Shown in pieces: positions 10,084 through 23,200 of a DNA stretch of 64,000 nucleotides. The stretch is from positions 6,200,001-6,264,000 of the forward strand of contig OZ361256.1 in assembly GCA_977018835.1 (NCBI GenBank). Direction: 5' to 3'. A model generated the notes under the pieces. The model worked only from the letters and a program-made list of their open reading frames with translations. It was not told the DNA's origin and made no database searches. The DNA comes from Minutocellus sp. GHC0000111. Its lineage: Eukaryota. Every line of letters begins with the position of its first letter. Position 1 is the first letter of the stretch. Made by a program: the position numbers and the translations under genes.

Positions 10084-12962
10084 ATGGCACAAGAGGCGCC
10101 ACCTGCGCAACAAGTGCAAACATGCAGCATCTGCCAGACAAAATTCACCTCCCGCAACCGGCTGTTCGATCATCTCCGTACGGACCATGCCGAACAGTGG
10201 AAAGCCATGAGTAAGAGCGGCAGCGGCAGCGGCAGCACGCCTGCCAAACGCTTTAGGTCCAAGGTAGCCATTCGATTTGGATATGATGCCCATCTGATCA
10301 AAATGAATTCTGATCAGACGAGTGGTGAAGAGGAGGGTGCCAACACAATAGCGGCCGGCATCATCCAATCTGCCTTCGTCAATGCGTTGCCTCGTCATTT
10401 GTCTGGAGGATCTACAATTGCAAACAGTATCCGAATACACAATACATCGCTGGCATCAGAGGCCAAAGAGCGCCCATATTTCATGGCACAAGATACGGAC
10501 TGTAGTGCAGCATCCGACGTCATGGTGCTAGATTACGCGTACGAAACCTGTGGACGAAAGCCTTTGCGTTTGAATGTGCTTGCATTGAGAGATTCGATCA
10601 ATGACCATTTGTTGGAAAACTTGAATCTTGGCGTTGGTGCAAACGTTTTCTCTATTACTGAGCCAGTACTAAAAGCAAAGCTGCATGCTGAGCGGTCGGC
10701 CACACAGCGGGCTTATCATTACCTTTTGCCAATGTCATGGCTGGACGGTGGGCGAGAAGCAATCGAATGGTATGTTCGGACTGGGAAGGTACGAGTTGAA
10801 CGATGCGGTGCGCTTTCTCGACAGAACGATGGTTCTGCTGTCAGTGATGACGCCCCGCCAGTTATTGCGCGGCTGAAGAATGCCCTCAAATCTTTCGAAA
10901 GCCCTATGCGTTCTGACGAGTCCAACGACAGCAATGTCGATGTTTTTGATGTGAGTACTCGTGGAAGATTCGGGGCTCTGGGAAAGCGGCAGCCACAGTC
11001 GTTTCACAACTATTTGCCGGAAACGGCAAGAAAATTCAGAGGACAAATGGACGGACTCTTTGCAACTATTGATCGAGCCAAAGTTGTTGACCTTCTTCCT
11101 CTTGGCAGCACCAAAGCCGGTGGTTCCTTCGATGTCATTGCTGTGGTGGAATTTCGGGGAGACAATTTTCTTCAAGGCCAAATACGGCGACATGTAAGTG
11201 AGGTTATTGCAGTGACCAATGGATACATCTCCTCTGATTTCCATCAAAATGCCGTGTCTCCAGGCTGTGAGGTTGACATTCCGATGGCACCATCCGACCG
11301 TCTTTACAGGGCCGAAACAAAATATCATTTTTTGAGCAAGCTTGTGGCCCCCTATTCTCTTCAAAGGATAACAAGATTCAAGAGAGATGGAAGTTTTCGT
11401 TAGAGACCAGAGTCCTTGATCAGCTTGCAAGCAAAAGCAAAGTCGAGATTGAGCATGAGTGGCCGAGAACTCTCAAGATCGACTTTGCATCAACCTTGCA
11501 AATGAATTCCGAGCTTTGTACTGACCAAGATGAACGACAAAGCAACCTCCCATGCTCTCCCATTGCTGCGGAATCGAACAATCTTGACATTATCCCGACT
11601 GATATCCCTTCAGAATACCTCGCCGTCCTCTCCATGCTTCGAGACCTCGTTGCCAATAAGCAATGGCCACTAACGTCGCTTGCCCGAACCCGAACGATGC
11701 GCTCCCCTCACGGATCCAACAATAAGGCCACGCGAGGCGTTGGACGAGGGAAAAAGACATCGGCTTACTCTGGTCAAAAATATCAATTTGGCACTTTTGT
11801 CCTAGCCCGTGAAGGAGGCGCGCATGCGCAGCTTGCCAGTGCTATATTTGAACTTGAGAAAACACTCATCGAGCAACATGGATTCGATAGAAGTCCATCT
11901 ACCCATTGTTCGGTCAGCCACAACGTGGAATTCACACGGTCTTGTCAGAAGGGCAATGCAACAGCGTCTCTAGTTGTTGGTCTCGGAGAGTTTGCAGGCG
12001 GTGAAGTGATTGTTGGGAATGATAGCTACGATATTCGGCACAAACCACAGCAATATTCGGGACGAAACAAAATGGTTTCAACGGTTCCATTCCATGGGGA
12101 ACGGTTTGAGCTGTGCTGGTTTTCGCTCATACCTGCCAAAGCAGATGACAATAAAATTGAATCACTTGGAACTCGCCCAGAAGATGAAAGGGCCCACCGG
12201 TTGGTTCACGTCCACGACAGCCTGTTTCAGTGGCGTCCTAATTCTACTGATGCTCTTGTTGTGAACGAGATTTTCGGTGATAAAGAATACGAACATCACG
12301 AGAAGGACTTTGACTTCACTATTTTAGGCCATGACTGTGTCCTCGATATCGGAGCCCACATAGGGGTGTTTACTCGCTATGCCGTGTGCAACGGAGCAAC
12401 TTACGTAATCGCATATGAACCAGAGCCGAGCAATGCTGAGTTGCTTCGTCATAATACAACTTTTCCAGTCGGTTCTCAAAAGATAGATGTACACGAGTGC
12501 GCAGTAGCACATTCCAAGGAGGGCACGGCGAAATTGATCGGTGGTAAAGATCGCAGTGACGGCGTAAGGAACACCTGGCGTCATTCGCTCGATATCTGCT
12601 CCAGGGCCAATGCTACTGTGCCAGATGGAGAAGTAAATGAAGTAGAGGTCGTACCTTTTTTCAACGGTGCATTGCGAGAAGGCATCACTTTCGTAAAAAT
12701 TGACGCCGAAGGGGCTGAGCTAGAGCTACTGCTGTCCTCAGAAGCAAGCATTGCCAGTTCTTGGTTAGACGTAACTCATCTTGTGCTTGAATACTCCTTT
12801 ACCAAGGAACGCAGGGTCAGTCAGTTCCATCGGGCCATAACGAATTTACAGAAAGCAGGGTTTAGAGTAAGATACGAAGGGATGGGTGCGTGGTGGGACA
12901 CTGAGATGGGGGCAATTTGGCCATATCGCAACGACCTTGTTCTCTTTGCGATGAGAGATTAG
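10084..12962 (+). CDS. C2H2 zinc finger + TruA-like pseudouridine synthase + degenerate 2OG-Fe(II)-like domain + FkbM-type methyltransferase (frameshift at ~11330)
   Basis: CSICQ..FDHLRTDH; VAIRFGY, RAYHYLLP, SFHNY and FRGDNFLQGQIRR (TruA fold); GEFAGGE..VPFHGERF (2OG-like); VLDIGAHIG and KIDAEGAE (FkbM). One extra T in the T6 run at 11328-11333 joins the ORFs (YHFFEQACGPLF...). Confidence 0.7.
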
Positions 12963-13069
12963 ATGTTGGGACGGTGCAAATTTAAAAATATTTCTTATCT
13001 TTGATCTGATATTTCTAATGAGTATGATAATCTACACGCAGCACTGGTACATACAAGTTCTCCCCTGTG

Positions 13070-14199
13070 CTATCTGTCTGATCCCGCACCGCCTGGTTCT
13101 TCATCGCCTATGATATCAGTGCCGTCATTTGAGTTGGATATTATAGTTGCAGACCCACGCAAGTTGTAGCCGTCGGCTTCCGATATGACATCTCCACACC
13201 AATCTGGACAATACTCAGCGGCATCGGCATTCTCCGCCCCATTGCATATTACCCCGCATATAAATTTCGATGCATATCCAATTTCTGCATATCCGTTTGA
13301 GGTTCCTCGGCAGGCAATATCTCCGAGTGATATTATTCCAACCTGGACCTTCGTTGGAACGCCGTCTAAATCTCTATCTACGACCAAAGCCCCTCCGCTA
13401 TCCCCATAACAAGTTCTGGAGCGTTCTCGATAGTCCTTATCAAGCTGTGCTGAGCAAATAAGCCTTTGTCGTGCACACCGCCGCTCTTGAGACGTACGTG
13501 GCAGAACTCATCATCAATGAAATCAATGTCGGTGTACTGAAGTACTTCTGGGTTGTTGTTTCCAAAAAGTCGGGTGTTGACCTTGCCGGTACCGACGGCC
13601 GTCATTTGATCTCCAGGAGTCAACGCGGAGGCTATGGACCCATCAAAGTCGATCTGGGCCGGCTCGATCGTAGACGCGGTTGCCAATTTCACGAGTCCCA
13701 CGTCAACGAAACTCTTGTGCTCGACGTCCTCTCGTTCCCAATACGTTAGATATTCTCCTCTGATTTCTTCGTACGGCAAGCCACAATTGGTTTCGTTGTG
13801 GTCGTAGCAGAAACCGCGAAAGCCCACACGCCACCACAAATCTTCTGCCTTCTTCTGCCAAAGACAGTGAGCCGCCGTGAGGATCCATCTCGGCCCGATG
13901 AGCGAACCACTGCAGCCCAGCCACCTCATTGTCACATCTTCTTCCATTTTCATGTCGTTGTTCATCATGTAGAATTCTCGTTCGAGCTTCGTTATGGGCG
14001 TTCCCATGGTAGCAAACCAGCGATATTGGGTCGCGTTGGCATCCAGCCCATTGATAATGCGAGGCTGAGGAACATAATTGAGTTCGCCGTCCTCGGAATC
14101 GGCGAGTACTCCGCCGCCATCTTCGCTGCTGTCGAGGTGCAGGGACAGGCAGCACTCCACAATGAGGAGAATCTGGATCAAGGTGGCTGAGCGCTTCAT
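13070..14199 (-). CDS. Secreted S1 (chymotrypsin-fold) serine protease, frameshift at ~13460
   Basis: Signal peptide, activation site PR|IING, LTAAHC and DVGLVKL. The catalytic TCYGDSGG lies in a shifted frame, so one nt is missing near 13460. Confidence 0.85.
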
Positions 14200-14502
14200 T
14201 ATAATTCAGATCGTGTGAGCCATCGCTTTGGCGCATAATTGAGCGCCATTGTTGAGCGGACCTTCGAAAGAACAGACAGGGAGGTCAGTGACGAGCGAAA
14301 GGTCAGGTCAGGCGTGCGGTGCTCAGTGCCAGCAGGATCCAACGCATGCTGAAAACGGGACCAGATAATATATCAAGAGACGAGCGACAGGCCAGCCTCA
14401 AGTCAAGTTTGTTTGCTCTAATAATATGAACTCTAGTGTACAATTTGCTACTATATCTAATACATGCGTTGCTGATGGCACACAAATGCTTCATTTCTTT
14501 CC

Positions 14503-16792
14503 TCATTTGATGTCCTTTCCGTCTGCATTCATGTCCTCATCAGAGGATGATGCTCTGATATCTAACGACGAAAAGACACATCGTTCGCTCCCAGCTCGGC
14601 AGGTTCCGGCACAGACGTCCCTGGCGTTGGTCTTGGAACAGATGCGCAGAATCCGCTCGAGAGATCGGTTAGCTTTTCCAAGCCACTGTTGACACGTGTG
14701 GAATATATAAATAGAAAACAAGGTAAGATGAAAACTGGTGAGACAGACTGGAGCATCTATGGTGCTGTCGAAAAGAACAGATGATGTGAAAACAACGCAC
14801 AAACTCATTCCACTTACCCTGCAGCTCTTCGATTTGGACCGAAAGAGGAACTCCAAGTTCCCTTCGGTCTCACAGTCGATTGAATTTCCATTGGTTGGTG
14901 TGATTTCGCTGTCGCCTTCGTCCCCGTCGATGAAAGCGTGGGCTCTACCCTGCTGCTCCTTCGGCCCGTAGGCAGTGCCACCATTACCGTCTTCGCTGTC
15001 ACCGGTAAAGCCAAAGATGGCACTGCCACCGTTGCCATCACTCGTGACCTCGCCGTGATACCGTCCATTCTCCTCGTCGTAGCACCAATCTGGACAGTCT
15101 TCGAAGGCGACAAGTCCCAAGGAGTCCTGGCACATTATCGAACACATCCATCCGCTGGCGTAGGATGCAGAGGTGTAGGCCGTGGCCTCGCCGTTGCAGT
15201 TTTGCTTGCCAACGCTGACGACGCCAAGGAGAATGTCTTGATTGGATGACGATGTGGCGGTGGCAGCGGTGGTGTTGGATGATGCGGTAGAGGGGGTTGG
15301 ATGCTGACGAAGGTTGGTGGTCGAAGTTGTGGTAGACGAAGAGCCCTCCTTCGGTCGGCTGACGATCAACGGACCCCCAGAGTCTCCATGGCAGGCCGTG
15401 CCGAGCTCCTCGCTCTTGTCCAACCGGTTCAAACTGACGCTGCAGATCATGCTGCCGTCCAAATGTCCACTATCAAGCAAACCGGGCAACTGATCGACGC
15501 AGTGCTGGACCGGGACGCGTCCCACCTCGACGGATTGCAGTTCGTCGGGCAGCGCCGCGTTCCACTGGCTGGGCGAGTAGGTGTAGCGCCCGTGGGTCTT
15601 GCCGGCACCCAGCACGGTCATGCGGGCGCCCTGGTCGATGGTCGACAGGACGGAGCCGGTGGTATCGAGCGCGACGGGGGCAATGTTGGAAGGGTAGGCC
15701 AGCTCGACGATGGCCAGGTCGATGACGGATCCTGATGCATTCATTTATTGTTTGATTTGAGATGAAGATACAAGAAGTAAAAGAGAGGAGGGGTCGATAG
15801 AGCAGAAGAAAGATGGGTTGAGATAAATGTGTTCAGACGAAGCCAGCATAGCAGCACAGGAATACATGACATGAAAGATACCAAGCATTATGCACACTCG
15901 TTTTGACGAACTCACCGGTATCTGGATGGGCCGGGTGCAAATGTATGTCCACCGCCGGGATATCTTCGTAGGGCTGGCCGCAGTTCTCCTCCATCGACGA
16001 CGGGGGTGGTGCTGCGGATCCATAACTACTGGTACTCCCATCACTGCCATCCGGCTCGTCGACATGCAAACGACTCTCTGAAGCCGCAGCTGCAGCCGCC
16101 TCCATAATGGCATCCTTTTTTTCACTACTGCCAGCAGCATTATTATGGGTATTTCTGGAAACCAGCTGGTCGGGACAGTAACCACTAAATCCCACCCGAT
16201 ACTCCAACCCAACCTCCAGAGGGTCCATGGCCCTCCGTGTTTCTTTCCCGGACGCCACGGCGTACGGATCCTGCCTCGGATCCCACACACAGTGGGCGGC
16301 CGTGACGACGAATCGGGAGGCTATGAGGGAGGCGCCGCATCCCAGCCAGGATTGCAGGGCGTGCAGATTTTGATTGGTTGGGGATTTGGAGTCGTGACTC
16401 TGATGAGGATTGCTCCCGTAGGTGTGTTCTGTGCCGTAATCGTTGACGTTTTGGGTGAATTTCGTCGCGGCGAACCACGGATGGGCGGCAGGATTGGTCA
16501 GATCGGTGCCGCCGATTATGTACGATTGGGGCATCGGATCTTCTTCGCTATCTGAAGTATCCAATATTCGACTGTTGTGATTGGGCAGTACTGGGTCGGC
16601 GGTGGGTTGCTTATCAACAGTTTCTCTTGTGCCGTTTGCTTTCGATGGTATGTGCCGGCTTTCGTTTGCGACGGCACAAGACGTGCCGCAAATGGAAATG
16701 GCCGCCGCGGCAGTGACCAAGACGGCCGACGACCGTCGTCTCGGCCGTATCCGTGAACGAGGAGGCGGAGGTGCCTCGTAGGACTCGGCCAT
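14503..16792 (-). CDS. Secreted S1 serine protease with a C-terminal Cys-rich (ShKT-like) module; exons 16792-15916, 15731-14818, 14685-14503
   Basis: SY|IIGG, VTAAHC, DLAIVEL and ACHGDSGG. GT-AG introns restore DTG-SVIDL and SCR-WLGK. Confidence 0.85.
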
Positions 16793-17172
16793 GGTTGCTG
16801 CTGCTGAACAACAATACGATAGTGGAGGGAGTAGAGTTCAAACGAACAAACCGTCAGATCTGGGCCTTGTGACCGGCCAAAATACATGTAGGCCTAATCG
16901 TCTCGTGGATTGGCGTCACAAGAGCGAGGGCTCGACCAGGGGTATGCGGTCATATTCGAAGGTTCGCACAAGCAGGTGCGAACCCTAAAAGGCATAATTC
17001 GGCAAAGGGGGCAATAATGAAGGAAAATCAAGAAGAAAAAGCGAAGCAGTCCAGCCAGGCGCCCGCGATCAGGTGGCGGAAGTTTGCTGCCTCGGCGAAC
17101 CGTGACTACAAAAGATACGCTCAGCCGATTTACACCTGCATTCCGTGTCAACGAAAGAGGGTAAGCAGCACG

Positions 17173-19729
17173 ATGATGAAGATCTCCACCACAGCCATCG
17201 CTCTGGCTCTTCTGGCAGCCGCCAGGATATCGTATGCCGTCGACGTATCCGACGTTGATGTCGACCCGTCAATGTACAAGATTCTGGTTGACGCCGAGAA
17301 GGCAGACGAAGGTGTCCCCCACCGCCATGCCGGTAAGACCAAGGGCCAGATCGCCCTCCAGCCGTCCTTCGTCCGCAAAATCCAAGCTGGGGGCGGTATC
17401 TTTGCCACCGACGCCACCAACGGCGGCAACGCCGGCGGCAGCACCATCACGTCCATGACGAGCATGACGCAAACTTCCGAGGAGCACGTCGATTCCAAGC
17501 TCCTTACCGAGAATCGATCGAACCTTCTTCCGAAGGAGGATCGCGTCGGGTTCATTTTTCTCAACACCAACGACGATGCCCACTTCGACGTCGACGATAC
17601 GTGCGTGCCGGTCCAGAAGAATCGACTCGTCATGTTTGACGGTGCCAGGAGCGTTCATCATACCGTGATCCACAAGGGCCGAGTGAGTCTCCTCGGGCCA
17701 TTTCATGCCAAGACTTTTGTCGGTGTTGAAGAGAACACCGGTCCTCCACCTGTTTGTACTGGCACGTGTTGTGTTAGCGGCTACTGTCGTGATTCCCCTC
17801 CCCCTGTCAGACGTCTGGAGGTTTCTCGAAAGTTGTCCCATACCTTGGATGGGTGCCCTGGCGGCCCGTGCTGCCAAAATGGGTGTGCTGAGACCTGCGA
17901 TGATGTAAATTGCGAATGTTGCTTGCCCGGCTACTGGTGTCGTCAGAATATCGGTCTCAATAGACGTCTTGAAGCACACTGATCGTAGGTTGGATCAACT
18001 ATGTTCGGATACTGCAGATCCGAACGATAGGTGTTGCGTCGACGGCGCATGTTATGCACCTGATTGCGAAGGCGATCTTCGTGGCACATGCTGCTCCGGC
18101 ACCTGTTCTTCCGATACTATTCCTGTCTTCACCGGGTGTGCCCAAGGTGAATCATGCTGTGTCCCAGGCGATAAGTGCAAAGCTTGCGCCAGAGAATGCG
18201 AAACCGACGAGGGGGAGACCGGGTGCTCATACGTCATGCCCATTGGACCCCCCCAGCATGCTCAGGCGAAACGTCGAGGAGGTCCTCGTCGCCTAGGCGG
18301 TAACTGCGTCAATCAGTGTAAATCCAAGTTGCAAGGTAGGGGGCGCGGAAGTAAAACTTTGCAGATGTACAACCCTGACTATAACGCGCATGACTGCAAG
18401 AATGATCTTCCTCCTCCAGCGTGCCATGACTACCACGGCGATGAAATGTGTGGTACCGGCGATCTATCGCACTGCAAACCTTGCATCGGATATCACGAAG
18501 ATGGCAGTATTATGTACACTCTGTGCATCAGCGAGGGGACCACTTCCTGTGAGTCCATGTATACAACAGAGCCCCAAGATACATGCCCCGGTCCGGATGC
18601 CGTCGACGTTCCTTTCAATGGGACCAACTATGAAAATCCAAATGAGAACTGCTTTAAATGCGGCTTTCTCTGTATGACCGGTCCTTGCTGTGAGGTAATT
18701 CCTGACAAGGGCACCTGCAACTCCCTTGAGAACTGTCAGTGGGACCCCTATTGCAGCAGGGGGGGCAAATGCCTCGCCTCCACTATGCCCTGCAACGATG
18801 GCGGCTACTACTATTACCGCCGTGTCTTATCCAGTTTTCATCTACAAGACGAGAAACATCGCCACCTCTTCGCCCTCCTCGAAGGAGATGAGCTGGAGAA
18901 ACACCAGCGTCTATATGAAGAGAAGAAAACCGATCCCTTCTCGGTTGGACTTTGTGACCATAAGGATAGCGAGTACTATGGAGTCTCGGGCATTACTCAT
19001 GATGAATGCTTGAGATCTGTCTCTCCTAACTTTTCCAACGAGAGCAACGAGAATAGTGCCAACGAGTATGAGCCCTGGATAGTACCCACCGCCGAGAGGG
19101 CCGCTCTTCTTTCACCGAACCCAGGCATCTGGTCGGTCGACGACCTTTTCGATGAGGGTGAAATCAAGCAGCTCCTTCAGCTCATTGACGAATACGGCCA
19201 CGTCGATGAGATGTTCGGTCCATGTAGAGACAGCAACAAAATGCGTGAGAATGCAATGCAAACTGAAAACAAGGTATGCTTCAAGATCTCCCCTGAGAAT
19301 GTATGCGAAGGTCCCTACGCTCTTTCTGATTGTACCGCCAAGGTTCGTCCTCGAGATACCGACATCATCAAGCAATTGCTCTTCAAAATCAACGACATCT
19401 GGAACATCGAGTTTGAGCCCCACGCTAAGGTTCAGCTTTCGACTGGCGGCACGCCACCGATGGATCTCCACTATGACGACTACACTATGTCCACCATTCT
19501 CTACCTTACCGATGGCGGAGCATCTGCGTTCTTCCCTAATGCTGATGTTACCATTCTCCCCAAGAAGGGAACTGTCTACACTTGGATCAATACGTTCAAA
19601 GATGGCTCGAAAAATCCGATGGCCGACCATGCCGTTCAAGCTCATCCTGAAGACGGCGGGGATCGTCTCATGATTCTATTCGAAGTTACAGCATCACCCC
19701 AGCAGCTCTTTGCCTCCCTGAGGGGTTAG
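17173..19729 (+). CDS. Secreted polyprotein: 2OG-Fe(II) oxygenase + RXL-delimited Cys-rich peptides + prolyl-4-hydroxylase-like domain (frameshift at ~17975)
   Basis: Signal peptide MMKISTTAIALALLAAARISYA; HVD..VGFIFLN..HHT..GRVS; CC-containing segments between RRL/RKL sites; LHYD..ILYL..PKKG..DHAV..DR. Confidence 0.8.
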
Positions 19730-20230
19730 GAGTGCACCTATCATCTACATTCTTCTCCATGCATATTTATGGCGCAACAAGAAAAATATCACAAACACAG
19801 TAAAAGCCGAGGAGGCGACGCAAAACTCAATAAAAACGAAAGTGATTACGATCGTGCAGTCCATGCAATCATACTCCAACCGAGGCAGCAAGCATATCGT
19901 CATGATCTGCGTTCTGCGATTGCCTACTGAGAAATAATCCATTTATACCTATATATATTAGTCCATGAACGCACCAAGTTCCTCCCGCGGGCCAATAGTT
20001 GCGCAGTAATCATGTTTACTTTACATTAGCCCATTGCTTGGTAAAACATAAATTTTCCTATATATAATCGAATAGTAACTACTTATAGTATTGTTCTCTC
20101 CATGCGCTGCTCGGACCCTTGTGGATGCACGTCAGCTCGCGCAAGTGCAAACAACATCCCCTCAAACATGTCAAACTCTCATGGCACGGGATGAATGCAT
20201 CTTGAGAGCTCCTAATTTTTCACGAACCAT

Positions 20231-23200
20231 CTACAATGGCAGAGCAGCACCGGCAATATTGGCAGTGTTGACGAACCGATTGACGTCAAGGTTATGAACG
20301 CCCTGGAACAGATTGTTGTTCTTGGGAAGGCAGGCGATGGCATCGAACTGACTCACATCGACCTCTTCATTATCGACGTCGAGGAAGTGAACGGTGCCGT
20401 CCTTACTAACAGCATAGAGCTCAACCTCTAGACCGCCGGCATTGGGGAACTTTCGGGCGGATCCGTTGAAGGCGGCAGCAGCCTTAATGAATTGGCACCA
20501 GCCGCTGAAGAACTTGCGCTTGTTTGCATCGCCACCAGCGATGCCCTTGATCAGCTCGACCCGGCCCGAGTTTTGTCGATACTTGAAACCCTTGATCGAC
20601 TTGCCCTGACCAGCTCGCCAGAACCCAATGGCGTTATCGACGGGGGTCTTGGAGTAGTGAAGGACGAGCTTGCCTCCGGAGTCGGCAAAATAGACAAGGT
20701 AGCATCCCGGGGTAGGCTCGTTGGACTGAACTGCAGTGGGGGCAGGGGGCGGCATGACTTGAGCTGGAGCTGGCTGCTGTGCATTGATGGGGGAGATGGC
20801 ACTCGGACCACAGCTTGTGGCTCGGCGGAGATTCTCAAAGTCATCTGGCGATCTAGCAGCCATCGGAGAAGGCTCGAGCTGGATACCGTTGGCAAGATCG
20901 TCACTCATATTGTTGGCAGATGCAGGGGACTTCTCGTCGGGAGTCACGACCATGCTTTGTTCACTGTCCATGCGTGGTGACGACATCTCGGTACTACTGC
21001 GAGCATTCGTTGGTGACGGTCCAAAGTCCTTCTCCATCCTCTGCTGTCGGCGTCGCTGCTGCGTTGTTTTGTTCTGCTTGCTCAGGAAATCCTTGGGAGA
21101 GGTAGCCATATCCTTGCTGGGAGCAGCTGGGCTTCCCCGACTTGCCCGAGCGAATTGGATAGCTTCCTCGACAATCGAGCGATGGCGAGATGGAGCGGCC
21201 GCCGAAGATTGACGACCCTGTGGCTGCCGGGCCTTGCGCATTTGCTGTTGCCGGATAGATTGCTGTGGATCTTGATCATCACGAGCCGGTGGGTTCGTTC
21301 GCGAAAACGGTGCAGCTGAACGAGGGGAGAGGTTATCCTCGGCAGCGTCCTGCGGCGGGGGAGGAGGCCTGGTTTTCGCAGCAGCCTCCATCGTTGCTCT
21401 CCCGGCAAGCATCCGTTGCATACGACGCTGCTCAATCAGCTCCCCGGCAGTCTTGGTGGACCACTTGGACGTATCTGGGCTTGATTCCGGCGATTCGTCA
21501 TTTGCGGCGCGGGCTTGTGGGGACGGAGGGGCCTCCGCCGATGCGTCAACGCCTCGCTCTTCTCCAGCTGTCACAGCAGCTGGCTCGGCGACTACTTCGG
21601 TTGTCTCAGTGATCTCCCTCTCAACAGAGGTAGAATGCTTCTCAACTACTTGCTGCTTGTCTTTGACGGGGTCGTAGTACTGATACTTCTTCCGCTCGTC
21701 CGTGGTCTTTTGGATGAAGATGACGCCCTTGCTCTCCGTGGCCTCCGCGGTGACAGCCTCGCTCTCCTGAGCCACAGGAGGTACCTTGTAATAAGGAACC
21801 TGCGCCACGAGGCTGCTGTCTTCATCTTCCGGCGGGTCGCTGTATCTCTGAGCTTCAGTAGCACGTGCGGGCGACGCTTCGTCCGGAGGGTCCATGCCAC
21901 GATCTTCGTCTCCATCGGTAGACTCGTAGTCCAGCTGCTGAACGGGGCTACCTCTCGCGGGAGTCGGCGCCGTGGACTGGCGATCGCTAACCTCGACAGA
22001 TATGGACTTCTCACATAATGTTCCAGTTCCAATGGAAGAGGCTCGGACAGCCTGCGATGGCAGGGCTCCACCACGGGAAACGTTCGGCGCGCTCGGATCT
22101 GGAGCAAACGACGCGGGGGGACCAGATCCCATGGGACTGTCATCATCGCGCATACGGCGCCGGGCGGCATCCATAATGGGATCAGCAGAGCTTAGAGGTC
22201 GACCAGCCGGAGCGGGAGTATGCCCGGCGGCGCCAATATCTCTGCTGGGCGATCCAGGGGGGCTGGCGGTGGCAGCAGTTTCAGGAGAAGAGCCCATCTG
22301 AAGGGTGGCGAGGGAGGCGTTGATCTCCTCCCTTGCCTGGCGCAGGAGGGAGACCTCCTCCCGGGAGTTGTTCTCTTGCGGGGCAGATTCGATGGCCATG
22401 GGAGACTTCTCTTGAGGCTGGTAGCTTTCTGAAGCCGGGGCCATCTTCCGTTCGGCGACGACGGGGCTCGTTTGAGCACTCGAGGGGGCACTACCGCCGC
22501 TCCTAGCGGCATTGCGAGCATTGAGCCGATCAGCGGCGCTGGTACCGGCGGGCGCGGCAGCTTGAGCCTGGGGACGGTCCTGATTGAGCGATGCTTGCAA
22601 TTGGCGCAGTCCATCGAGCGCGGCATTGATCTGATCGTTCGGGTCGTTCTCAACGGAGGCGGCAGACGAAACAATCTCACCGGGCTCATCGCCGGCATCC
22701 ATGACGGCACCCTGAACGACGGGGACGTTGTATTCTTCCGGCTCTGCCATCGCCCTAGCAGTACCCGACGACGGCGGGCTGCTCCGCAGCTGCTTGGTCT
22801 TCTCCTGGACGCGACTAATCTCGGCGTTCAGATCGATACCGCGGCTGGCAGTGGCGGCACCGGCACGACCCTCGGCAGCACTCATCTGCATCTCCTCGAG
22901 CTCGGCACGGGTCGAAGCCAGCTCCTGCCTCATGGCCGCCAGGGCCGTCATCTCCTGAGCACGGGATTGGTCCAGCTGGCGCAGCCCGTCCATCTCGCGA
23001 GACAGCTTGGCCAGCTCGGCCTGCAGATTCTCCTCTCGCACCTGCGTAGCGGCCACAACGTCCGTCGCCACCCCCCGAACCTGCCCCTCCTTGAGGCCAT
23101 CCACCTCGGCCTGCATCGACGACAGCAACCCGGGCAGGGCGGCCAACTTGACCAACTGGCGGTTGCGCTCGCGATCCAACAGCCGCAATCCCTGGACGTC

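Noticed and set aside
17969..17982. Programmed ribosomal frameshift in the polyprotein
   Set aside because: There is no slippery heptamer, and similar frameshifts occur in many unrelated genes here.
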